From: Octopus vulgaris
Lineage: Eukaryota
Length of the DNA: 64,000 nt
Direction: 5' to 3'
Assembly (NCBI GenBank): GCA_951406725.2
Contig: OX597818.1
Coordinates: 142,910,001-142,974,000 of the forward strand
The notes beneath the pieces were generated by a model that worked only from the letters and a program-made list of their open reading frames with translations, was not told the origin of the DNA and did no database searches. Within the stretch, counting starts at the first letter, position 1; each line of letters begins with the position of its first letter. Positions 53,086 to 64,000 of this stretch are shown here, piece by piece. The translations under genes and the position numbers were made by a program.

Positions 53086-53462
53086 CATATATATTCACAA
53101 ACACACACACACACACACACATACACATATATATATATATATTGAAAACTGTTGCTTGTATTAATTTTATATATACACAGCGGATCGCTAAATAATCCAA
53201 CTATTTGGATGACGAAAACAAATACTAATACTATACACATATATATGTATATACATTATATATATATATATATATATAAACATATATATAAATAACAATA
53301 TATCTTATTAATAATATCTTTTAAGATTGAGCGGTTGTAGTGACCGAAAATAATTCACCGTTCTAAAAGACCTGTGGGGGGAATATTTAAACTTTCTCAC
53401 TATAGATACAGACAGACGTACAGTGAGAGAGGTAGTGGGAGAAAAGTCACAGAGAAAGGGCG

Positions 53463-54290
53463 AGATCGATAAAATAACTTAGCGGTTCGCCACAGATTGA
53501 TAAAATAACTTAAAGATTCGCTAAAGAAGATCGTGTAAAATTACTTAGCGCTTCGTCAAAAGAGCACGATAAAATAACCTAGTGGTTCGCCAAACGAAAT
53601 CGAGAAAATAACTTAGCGGTTCACCAAAGGAGATCGATAAAATAACCTAGCGGTTCGCCAAAGGAGATCAATAAAATAACCTAGCGGTTGACCAAATGAG
53701 ATCGATAAAATAACTTAGCGGTTCGCCAAAGGAGGTCGATAATATAACATAGCGGTTCGCCAAAGGAGATCGATAAAATAACATAGCGGTTCGCCAAACG
53801 AGATCGGTAAAATAACTTAGCTGTTCGCAAAAGGAGATCGATAAAATAACTTAACGGTGAGCGAAAGAGGATCGATAAAATAACTTAACGGTGAGCGAAA
53901 GAGGATCGATAAAATAACTTAGCGGTTCGACAGAGAAGATCGATAAAATAACTTAGCGGTTCGCTAAAGAAGTTCGATAAAATAACTTAGCGGTTCGCGA
54001 AAGAATTTCGATAAAATAACTTGGCGGTTCGAGAAATGAGATCGATAAAATAAATTAGCGGTTCACCAAACGAGATCGATAAAATAAATTAGTGGTTCGT
54101 CAAAGAAGTTCGATAAAATAACTTAGCGGTTCGCGAAAGAAGATCGATAAAATAACTTAGCGGTTCGAGAAATGAGATCGATAAAATAAATTAGCGGTTC
54201 GCCAAACGAATTCGATAAAATAAATTAGCGGTTCGCCACTGGAGATCGATAAAATAAATTAGCGTTTCGCCACAGATCGATAAAATAACT
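53463..54290. repeat. 34-bp minisatellite, ~24 copies (consensus GATCGATAAAATAACTTAGCGGTTCGCCAAAGGA)
   Basis: Period of 34 read directly (e.g. CCTAG at 53646 and 53680). A conserved ~26-bp block is followed by a variable ~8-bp block. Confidence 0.92.
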
Positions 54291-54528
54291 CATTCGAAAC
54301 ACGCATTGAGTCGAAACAGGGGCAGCTGAAGAAGGGGAATGTTCCTTGTAATGTATGTCGTGTACTCTGTTTTTTCGTTGTTAAAAAAGTCCGTTTCCTT
54401 GTTTTGTTTTTATGTTTTTGTTTCTCGTTGTGTTCTACGCTTTTTTGTGGTGTCCTGTACCCATATATGCATGTAGATGGAGGTATGTACATATCAAATG
54501 TATGTATGTATGTATGTATGTATGTATG

Positions 54529-54559
<31 letters not shown>

Positions 54560-54591
54560 GTATGCATATGTTTTATTTGTTAAATTGTTAT

Positions 54592-54635
<44 letters not shown>

Positions 54636-54896
54636 GGAAATGAAGAAAATGCTGACAAAATAATTTAAGTAAGGGAGAGTGTATTTAATTAGGTGAAGTT
54701 CTTTTTTTTAAGCAAAAAAAGAGAAAAATTGGGTTAGAATACAATGTTCATTTTTTGTGAATGATTTCAGCGTATAAGAAAAAAAGTATGAGTTTACCGG
54801 TTGCGCATTTGTTATGCTTATCAAAAGATATTTTGAGTGAGATAGAATTCCTTTCTGATTGATTTTTTTTCTCTTATATATATATATACATATATA

Positions 54897-55070
54897 TATT
54901 TCTTTACTACCCACAAGGGGCTAAACACAGAAGAGACAAACAAGGACAGATAAATGGATTAAGTCGATTACATCGACCCCAGTGCGTAACTGGTACTTAA
55001 TTTATCGACCCCGGAAGGATGAAAGGCAAAGTCGACCTCGACGGAATTTGAACTCGGAACATAACGGCAA
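54897..55070 (-). mobile_element. Meta-domain-like SINE (partial)
   Basis: Reverse-complement match to 21482-21714. Confidence 0.75.
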
Positions 55071-55402
55071 ACCCAAACACCATGACGATGGTGATGATAT
55101 ATTGTATGTGTGTATATGTATATATATTATATAAACGCTTGCACGCGCGCCCTCACAGAGACAGACAGACAGACAGACAGACACACACACACACTTAATC
55201 ACGTGCACGCCCACATACATTAATTTTCTGATCCACTTCATCGGCGCATTTCATCAAACAAAGCTTTGAATTTCATGTGCGTAATTTCGATAAACTCTTG
55301 CGATAAATATTTAACGGATCTAATTTAAACAACGGAAATCATTAAATATGAAATAGGCTACGGACATCCTAAAATTCATGCGTTCATACATACATACATA
55401 CA

Positions 55403-55433
<31 letters not shown>

Positions 55434-55761
55434 TCATACGCATTCACACCCTTACACACACACAACTACTGGAATAGAAAGCTCGTCTCACTAGCAGCAA
55501 CTCGCTGCCTCACACATAAAACACGGCGGATGATACGCTACGCTAGAGATGGTTAACGAGAGCCAAACTTCGAGCCTCTAAATAAATGTTATAGGGATTT
55601 GTTATCTCACTTTGTATTCGACTTGATACTTCATTTGACTGGATTTAATAAAACCTTCGCATTTTTATTAAAAACTCACCGATTACGAGTAACTCTGGAT
55701 TTTCATTGTTATAGTTCGTGGTCCCATCGTAGATACGAAGGGGGTCGCGAGGATGGTTAGT

Positions 55762-55993
55762 ATCTATTTCTTTACTACCCACAAGGGGCTAAACACAGAG
55801 AGGACAAACAAGGACAGACAAACGGATTAAGTCGATTACATCGACCACAGTGTGTAACTGTTACTTATTTAATCGACCCCGAAAGGATGAAAGGCAAAGT
55901 CGACCTCGGCGGAATTTGAACTCAGAACGTAGCGGCAGACGAAATACTGTTAAGCATTTCGCCCGGCGTGCTAACGATTCTGCCAGCTCGCCG
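55762..55993 (-). mobile_element. Meta-domain-like SINE (full)
   Basis: Reverse-complement match to 21482-21714, with TTAGTATC repeated at both flanks. Confidence 0.85.
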
Positions 55994-56259
55994 TTAGTAT
56001 CGAAAATAAAATGGTTAGTATCGAAAATAAAATGGAAAAGGTGTGTGTCAGTATATAGTGTGTAATTATTTAGTGGTTACTGAAGTGTGTCAGTCTCGAG
56101 AAGGATTCGAAACGGCTCAAAGAAGCGGCTCTTGTTTACGTCACAGTTTTGTCAATCAAAATAACCCATAGCACCAGAACATCCAGACATTATTCGCATA
56201 GAACAGTGAGAGGTAAGGTTAAGTCTTAGCTTGACTCTTTACAATCCTAAAGATTCCGC

Positions 56260-56440
56260 TCGCGCAATCACAGAAAACAAGGCCCAGGGCCAGACATTAG
56301 ATCGTGTAGGTGTATTTTTACCCACTCCGATGTTTACACACGGCCAGTTATACGTCGCTATGAGTAGAGCAACGGACTCCAGTAATTTGACAAGTAGTGT
56401 CGACCAAACAGAAAATATCGTCTACAAAGAAGTTTTGTAA
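56260..56440 (+). pseudogene. Helitron PIF1 helicase extreme C-terminal fragment
   Basis: AITENKAQGQTLDRVGVFLPTPMFTHGQLYVAMSR..TENIVYKEVL*, i.e. helicase motifs V/VI and the typical Helitron C-terminus. Confidence 0.75.
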
Positions 56441-56594
56441 TCATATTGATATTATCGAAAGGAATAAATTCATAATTTAAATAAGGAAATTGTGAACTTT
56501 GAATGTATGAGAGTGTAAACAAGCGTAAAATAGTGTAAACAACTAAAATAAAAGTATATCTAAATAACATTTTTTCTTAATACTTTTTTATGTA

Positions 56595-57600
56595 GCGGTC
56601 GAAGGAATCTCTGTCTTTCGTTAGGAGTGGTCCATATAACCATTCATAGATTTTGATACCTTACCTTGCTGTTTTATGTTGCAGATATTCCGTAGACAAC
56701 ACATATGAAAGGTTTCAAGTTTCTTTATATGTCTATAATAGGGAGTCCATGCTTTTGCTCCATACAAAAGTGTGCTCAAGATACAAGATTTGTACACACT
56801 TAGTTTAGTTTTCAGACTGACACCGTGTTCATCCCAAAAACGATGGGAAAATTTTCCAAAATCACTCGTAGCCTTAGATATTCTAACATTGATTTCATTA
56901 TCAGGAGTACTCTAAAAGTTTACTGTATTTCCATGATATTTAAATGACCTCATCCATTTGAGTGGCTTTTTGTCAATCTTCACATATGAATCTTGAGTAT
57001 GTTCTACCCCAGGCTTTGGTTGAAATAAAACTTCAGCCTTCTTGATGCTGATAGTGAGTCCAAATACACGAGCTGCTACAGCAAACCTGTCGATTGTTTC
57101 CTGAATTCCATCAAATGTATAAGAAATCGAAGGGAAATCATCAGCAAATAGAAAATCACGTAGAATCTCTTCCTTGGTCTTCTTTGATCTGAAACTTTGT
57201 CCTTTTAGGTTTAGTAGACCTCTTGTGCGAAACTGGAATTTTACGCCTTCATGGTAATACTTTAAAGCATTTTGGAGCATCAGTGAAAAGAATATGGAAA
57301 AAATTAGAGGAGCTAAAACACTATTCTGTTTTGTTTCAGTGGTAATAGAAAACGTCTCTGATCATTTACTACTAGACATCACTGTTGCCTTCATTCCTTT
57401 GTGGAGAGATACTATTACTTTTATCATTTTATCAGGAAGATCAACTTTTGTCAAAATTTTCCAGAGTACCTCACGACACTCTGTATCAAAGGCCTTAGTC
57501 AAGTAGACAAAGACCATGTACAAGTCAGTATTTTGCTCTGTGCTTTTCTTTCTGTTGTTAAAAATAATATTGCAGATATGATTAAAAAAACTTCGTATTC
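56595..57600 (-). mobile_element. RTE-type LINE reverse transcriptase fragment (degenerate)
   Basis: FVYLTKAFDT, GVKFQFRT..LRDFLFADD..QETIDRFAVAARVFGLTISIKKAEVLFQP..FKY.G, and KSCILSTLLYG. Confidence 0.8.
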
Positions 57601-58688
57601 GCTGTTAGACCCTCCATGTTCTAGCTTTGATATATAAATTGATATGGAGCTCTACGTGTACGTCGGGAATAGAAAAACTGTTATCTAAATTCAGTTTCTT
57701 AGACTAACAGTAAATGCCCTTAAATTTTCCTATTCATTGCCGTATACAAAAGGTGGGCTTCTGCTGGGAAATTGCAGCTGTGGCGTTATAATAATTTATC
57801 TGGTGCCTACAGAAACTTCTGAATATCTAGGGAAAGTGTCAGTAAAGGTAAATCCGAGGCTAGTGAGCCCTTTTCAAAGTATCAATTGCTTCACTTGTGG
57901 TATTTGTGTCAAAACTGTTCTTTGTCGCGTCTCGAAACACTTTCACTTTGTGTTCATGACTGGAAAGTATAACAGTACCAGTTGCTGGATGTCCTATCCA
58001 ACGTTGTTCCAATAAACGTTTCGATTTTTCATAGCTTTTGAATGTTTAAAAACTTCTAGCCAAAAACATAGACAAGTGTGTGCTTTGTACTTTCATTTAG
58101 GATGTTGAAATCTAAAACTTAGAACCGACTTTTCGCTTCATCGGCTGTCAGGAGTAAAATATAACAATTTTTGTCATGACATTGATATTTCTTAAATAGT
58201 CTATAAATATATTCAGTTTTTAGGCTTCAACCATAGTATTTTAACTAGAGTTATTTTAAAGTAGGGGACCGATATAACGAAATACACTTACACGCGCGAT
58301 CTCACAAACACACGCAGTCATACTGTATTTTTCAGAGAGTCTTCTGACGGACCGTTTGCACCTCAGATAAGAAATACTCGTTTTTTTTTTACCAGTCTAT
58401 AGAATACAATATTCAGCTACTATATACATTCGTGATAAATAATTTTATTGCTGTAGTGGACCGCCGTGGAAAGTTCAATTAGCTTTATAGCTTTTGACAG
58501 CACGTCATTAATTACACGATATATATTTTATGCACGATACAGCATGAATCAGTGAAAATGGAACAAATTTATGCTTTTGATGTGTGGAGAAAGAGGGATA
58601 GTCTACTGATTGATTGTTTGTTGCTCGCTTCGCAGATAAGGATACTTTATTTCTTATCAATAGATCAATTGCATAGAATATTCAAATA

Positions 58689-59208
58689 CCGTAAATCCTC
58701 GAGTGTAGTCCACCCTTGAGTATAATACGCAGGGGTTTTTTAGGGGCTGTACCTCTGAAAAACTTAAACCTTGTGTATAATACGCACCCCTTCTCTAACT
58801 TGAGTCAAGGAGGTCTATATAACGTCCTTGGTTTGTAAAAATGTATACGGTAACGTCCTTTATTATTATTGTACATATAACATAATGCAAACGTGTAGCT
58901 TTTTTGTGCATGTTGTTTGCAGAAAATAAAGAAATAACAGTGATAACAGCAATAGCGTTTAATAAATGTTGCTTACTGCAAGTTATGGATGATTCTTTTA
59001 TGACTTCATTGCTTTCAGGCTTAGCTTAAGGTATTTTCGCGCCCGACATCACAAAATGCGTCTGAATAAACATATCCAGACAGCAAATATAGACTCGGAC
59101 ATTGCTTAGAAAATATTTTTCATTTTTAACCTCGTATATAGTACGAAATAAGGATTTTGACCTTTAAATTTTGGGGAAAAAATGCGGATTATACTCGAGG
59201 ATTTACGG
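58689..59208. mobile_element. MITE copy 2 (inverted relative to 6070-6581)
   Basis: Same TIRs (CCGTAAATCCTCGAGT...ACTCGAGGATTTACGG), TA on both flanks, and a reverse-complement interior match to copy 1. Confidence 0.9.
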
Positions 59209-59454
59209 TATATAAGTCAGTCGTAAATTAAGCTGATGCCATTGAGCAAAATACTGTGGCTTTTGTCAATGATTACAAAGATGGTGTTTTTTCAAAAAAA
59301 AAAAATCTAAGTCGACTTCGGTGTTTTGGGCTTTACGTTCCAAGTCAGCCAATGTCGTTGAAACAATACCAGTAAGTTATTGGTGTTCGGCTCTCATCAA
59401 CCGCTTTCTTTTTCCTGTACAACGTTTAGTCCTTTCTTTAGCTAATATCTATCC

Positions 59455-59686
59455 TTTATCTTTTACTGGTTTCAGTTATTGGACTGCGGCCTTGCTGGGG
59501 TACTGCCTTGAAAGGTTTTAGTCTAATGAATCGACTTAAGCACTCATCATTTTAAAACCTGATACATGTTCTATAAGTCTCTCTTATGCCAAACTGCTAA
59601 GTTATAGGGACATAAGCGAACCAACACCGGTTGTCAAGCGGTGGGATGGGGGAACAGTCACAAACATTAACACGCGAGCGCGTCCA

Positions 59687-59731
<45 letters not shown>

Positions 59732-59902
59732 ACATACACACATGACGAGCTTCTTTCATTTTTTTTCCCAGTCAAATCCACTCACAAGACTTTGGTCTGC
59801 CCGGGGCTAAAGTAGAAGACATTTGACCAAGGTTCCACGCAGTGGGTCTGAACCCAGAACCATGTGGTTTGGAACTAAACTTCTTACCACACAGCCATAC
59901 TT
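59455..59902 (-). mobile_element. SINE, OK-like family with internal (CA)n
   Basis: Homologous to the other copies. Confidence 0.75.
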
Positions 59903-60334
59903 GCTACGAACATAACAGTAACCCATTTCTCTATCCGTTATAAGTTAGGTCCGAAGGTTCGTGCTTATGTAAGAGATAATTACCGCCTTCGTTGTTATCC
60001 CGTTATCGACTCATCCCCTCGGCTTCTTACTCCCCTTCCTTTCACTTCGTCACTTGTCCCTTTTTCTTCTTTTTACCTTCACCTTTACCTTCCACTCATG
60101 ACTCTACTCTGACTTCTCCCCCTACCCCTCATCGCTGTCATGATAAAAACTTTCGTCACAATCCAACGTGGAACGTCTATATGTGGTTGTTTTACATGCT
60201 AGAAATAACAACTAAGTTGTTCTCAAATCACACGTCTAAGAATCGGGATGCTACAGTTGAAACGCTAAAGAAACACCACCATCACAACCATTTTATTTGT
60301 GTACTATTGTATATGCATAAAATTGAATTAAATG

Positions 60335-61590
60335 GCGGCGTTAGTGGTGTTGATGATGGTGGCGGTGATAGTAGCGGCGGCGGCGGCGGCGGTGCCGGCG
60401 TTTGTTGTTTGCGATGATGGTGGTGGGCACGGAGGGAGTAGATGATGCTAGTGGTAGTGATGGAAATGATAATGGTGAGGGTGACGTTGATGGTACGAGT
60501 GATAGTGGTGGGTGGTGGCAGCGGTGGTGGTGGCGGCGGTTGTGGCGTTGGTGGCGACGGTTGTGGCGGTGGTAGTGATAGTAGTCGTGGCAGAGTTGAT
60601 GGTGTTAGCGATTATGGTGGTGGTGGTGATGGTGGTGGTAGTTTTGCTATAGGTGCCGATGGTGTCGGCGCTTGTGGTGGTGGCAACTAGTGATAGCGAT
60701 GTTGTTGATAATGGTGTTATTGTCGGTGTTGCCGCTGATGGTGATAACGGTGCTGCTGTTGATGTTAGTGATATCAGTCATGGTGGTAGTGATGATGATA
60801 GTAGAGGAGGTGGTGGTGGTGGTGGTGGTGATGGTGGTGCAGTCATGGTGGTAGTGATGATGATAGTAGAGGAGGTGGTGGTGGTGGTGGTGATGGTGGT
60901 GCAGTCATGGTGGTAGTGATGATGATAGTAGGTGGTGGTGATGGTGGTGCAGTCATGGTGGTGGTGATAATGATAGTAGAGGAGGTGGTGGTGGTGGTGG
61001 TGGTGATGGTGGTGCAGTCATGGTGGTAGTGATGATGATAGTAGAGGAGGTGGTGGTGGCGGTGGTGATGGTGGTGCAGTCATGGTGGTAGTGATAATGA
61101 TAGTAGAGGTGGTGATGGTGGTGGTGGTGGTGGTGGTGGTGGTGATGGTGGTGCAGTCATGGTGGTAGTGATGATAGTAGATGAGGTGGTGGTGGTGGAG
61201 GTGGTGATGGTGGTGCAGTCATGGTAGTGGTGATAATGATAGTAGAGGAGGTGGTGGTGGTGGTGGTGGTGATGGTGGTGCAGTCATGGTAGTAGTGATG
61301 ATAGTAAAGGTGGTGGTGGTGGTGGTGTTATTGGTGATGGTGGTGCAGTCATGGTGGTAGTGATGATGATAGTAGAGGAGGTGGTGGTGGTGGTGGTGAT
61401 GGTGGTGACGGTGGTGATGGTCGTAGTGGCGGTGGTGGTGTTGATGGTGTTGATGGTGGTGGTAGTGGTGATAGTGGTGGTGGTGATGTGTTGATGGTGG
61501 TGGTGGTGGTGGAAGTATTGATGTTGATGGTAGAGCTGATGTTGATGGTGGTGGTGATGGTGAAAGCGATGGTGGCGACAGTGATGGTAT
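60335..61590. repeat. (GGT/GAT)-rich low-complexity tract with ~60-bp higher-order units
   Basis: GGTGGTAGTGATGATGATAGTAGAGGAGGT(GGT)nGATGGTGGTGCAGTCAT recurs about 10 times in 60780-61400. Confidence 0.9.
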
Positions 61591-61742
61591 GGAGCGAGAA
61601 CTGTTATGTAAAGTTATTTTTGTTAAGAATGGCTTTCTGCTACAAAATTATTCTATTTTCGCTTTTGAATTGGGTCACCAAAAGGAATAACGCAATATAA
61701 CGTAAATTACATAATTTAAAACAATATATATATATATATATA

Positions 61743-61936
61743 TGAGAGGTAATGGTGTCACTGAGGCCCAGAGGTGTCAGGTAATGCTGAATAAGTGCTG
61801 TAGATAGACCAAGGTTAAGTTCCAGGTTCGGTAATTTTGCGAATAAGGGGTTCAACGTTGGTTCTATGTCAGCGTGTGTATACAAGAATTTTTTGCGTAA
61901 TGAGATAAAAACCCAAGGCTGTGTAGATATTAGAAC

Positions 61937-61973
<37 letters not shown>

Positions 61974-62100
61974 TAATGAGATAGATTATGGGATAATATA
62001 TCCAATATACTGCTAGATAGGTACCCAAAAAAATAATACATAGATGCATTTCATATATATTGCCTTTACTCATATGTAATGGTGTATTAAAGTACGGATT

Positions 62101-62192
<92 letters not shown>

Positions 62193-62240
62193 CTAATATC
62201 TACACAGCCTTGGGTTTTTATCTCATTACGCAAAAAATTC
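61743..62240. mobile_element. Nested miniature PLE-type inserts in a (TA)n tract
   Basis: 53-bp inverted arms at 61886-61938 / 62188-62240. Between them, 61968-62046 matches the 3' end of element B (33172-33274), and 62047-62102 is the reverse complement of 33411-33470. Confidence 0.75.
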
Positions 62241-62535
62241 ATATATAATTATATATATATATAATTAAACTTTTTTTTATATATTCATGCATGTATATGC
62301 ACATGTATGTATGCATGTGTATTATAAATTATATACTAACATATGTGTTTTTCAAATATGATTTATATAAAGATGAGATAGGTGATCATAATGTGATTAC
62401 ATATACATACATTAGCATGTGTGTGTGTGTGTGTGTGTGTGTAAGCAGATGCACAATGTGCAAGTATATGTATGTATATATGTATGCATGTATAACAATG
62501 TTATGTAATATGCGTGCACATAAATACACACGCAC

Positions 62536-62650
62536 ATCCATCCATCCACCCATCCATCCACCCATCCACCCATCCATCTACCCATCCACCCATCCATCTA
62601 CCCATCCACCCATCCATCCACCCATCCACCCATCCATCTACCCATCCATA
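62536..62650. repeat. (CCAT/CCAC)n tetranucleotide tract
   Basis: Directly visible. Confidence 0.9.
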
Positions 62651-63329
62651 CACACACACTTACATGCATATGCACAGACACACAGACAACATACACACAC
62701 ACACATGCACACACATATGCATGCATGCACATATGCAAATACGCCCATACGAAGACCCCCCCCCCAAAAAAAAAATAAAATAAAATTACCAGCGAAAGTA
62801 TACAAAACAAAAGAAACAAAAGAATAACTAAACAAACAAAACAACAAAAAAAACTAAAACAAAACCATAAAAAACTAACAAAAAAACCCCGACAAACAAT
62901 GATGGGGGAATACACAGCTAATAATGCTACACACAGTGAAGGAATTATTATTACTTGTGTACTGAATTTCTTCTAACACATACATACATATATGTATAGA
63001 TACACACACACACACACACACACGCACACACACACACACACGCACACACCTCCACACACACACAAGGACTCTCGAGTGCTGTCATCACCAGCGCCCCACC
63101 CATCCTACCAAACAGCCTCACTCCACACATTCGCCTGTTACTCTTTCTCCCACTCACACTTCAACTCATCAGTTACATCACACTCTCAGTTGAATTTTAC
63201 CGCCCCCTGCTCTCAACTTCCTACTCTCTCTCTCTCTTTCACTCTCATCACTTACCTTACTCCCTTCTTTTTTTTAACCTTCTCACTATCTCCGCTTTCT
63301 ACTTTTCTCTCCCCTCCTCCTCCCCCACC

Positions 63330-63420
63330 TCATCCTGCTCTCGTTTTTCTTTATCTTCTTTCTTTTTTTTTTGTTTTCTATATCTTCTCTGTCTCTCTTC
63401 TTCTCTGTCTTTCTTTTTAG
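63330..63420 (+). promoter_or_regulatory. Polypyrimidine tract and splice acceptor (TTTTTAG|) for the SLC5 exon
   Basis: A long C/T tract ends in AG at 63419-63420, 125 nt before the ATG. Confidence 0.6.
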
Positions 63421-63545
63421 AAAAGAAAAGTGGCTTACACACTCCAGCTGCAAGCTCTTTGATTCATTTAGTCGAAAGATCTACCTCGACCGGCTTCCCA
63501 ACTTTAAATTGTCCTTGTTAGAGACAAAAAAAAAAGGGCAATAAA

Positions 63546-63920
63546 ATGGAAGAAAACATCAAAAATTACAGTTTCAACACCGGCAAGATTTCAACTTTTG
63601 GAGTACTTGACTATGTAATATTTTCTTTGACTCTGATGGTATCCGTAGCCATCGGGATATTTTATGCCATCAAAGACCGGCACCAAACAAGTACGAAAAC
63701 GTATCTTCTTGCCGGGGGTAATATGTCTGTATTGCCCGTGGCCCTTTCGTTGGTGGCCAGTTTTATGTCGGCTATAACACTTCTAGGGACACCTGCTGAG
63801 ATATATAATTTCAACACCATGTTCATGGACATGACTCTAGCTTATATCGTTGCTATGTTCCTGGCTGCTTACGTCTATGTTCCTATATTCTATCGGTTGC
63901 ATATCACCAGCGTTTACGAA
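63546..63920 (+). CDS. First coding exon of an SLC5 sodium:solute symporter (SMCT/SLC5A8/SLC5A6-like)
   Basis: FGVLDYVIFSLTLMVSVAIGIFYA..YLLAGGNMSVLPVALSLVASFMSAITLLGTPAEIY..YVPIFYRLHITSVYE followed by the donor GAA|GTGAGT (phase 0). As I recall, this matches the S.YE|YL intron position of SLC5A5/6/8/12-type genes. Confidence 0.93.
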
Positions 63921-64000
63921 GTGAGTCCTTTTTGATTTTGTTTTATTTTCTAATTTCAATTGTCTTTTCTTGTTGTGGGGAAGATTTCAGTCTTTACTTA

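Noticed and set aside
53463-54290. CRISPR array
   Set aside because: The variable parts are only ~8 nt and related to each other, there are no cas genes, and the context is eukaryotic. It is a minisatellite.
54290-54360. Functional hammerhead after the minisatellite
   Set aside because: CTGAAGA and a hairpin are present, but the next box is GTAA and stem I is not evident. At most it is a remnant.
49663-56440. Host PIF1 helicase gene
   Set aside because: These are two intronless, broken fragments on opposite strands with Helitron-type C-termini, one with a terminal hairpin.

Overview
AT-rich, repeat-dense animal genomic DNA. The SINE families, (TA)n/(CA)n/(AAT)n microsatellites and retroelement mix look like an octopus or other cephalopod (my recognition, not verified). 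The only host gene is at the far right: the first coding exon of an SLC5 sodium:solute symporter (63546-63920, +), preceded by a strong splice acceptor, so much of the window may be intronic. The rest is nested mobile DNA. It includes an intact Penelope-like retroelement (PLE; RT plus C-terminal GIY-YIG, Hydra-clade-like, 33172-39625, -) with direct pseudo-LTRs, and next to it a sister PLE folded into a 1.7 kb + 1.7 kb inverted repeat. It also holds at least five other PLE remnants, several tiny inverted PLE-type inserts in (TA)n tracts, three tRNA-derived SINE families, solo LTRs, RTE and CR1 LINE pieces, Helitron/Helentron pieces (one with DUF6570 and OTU-like domains), two copies of a TA-targeting MITE and a 34-bp minisatellite. 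The most notable unannotated signal is a set of about ten type I hammerhead-ribozyme motifs. Among them are a PLE hammerhead with an 86-nt structured stem II, a U3-A8 compensated core at the centre of a fold-back element, a canonical motif at 40547-40609 and a retrozyme-like ~322-nt unit. All calls were made by eye; no searches were run.
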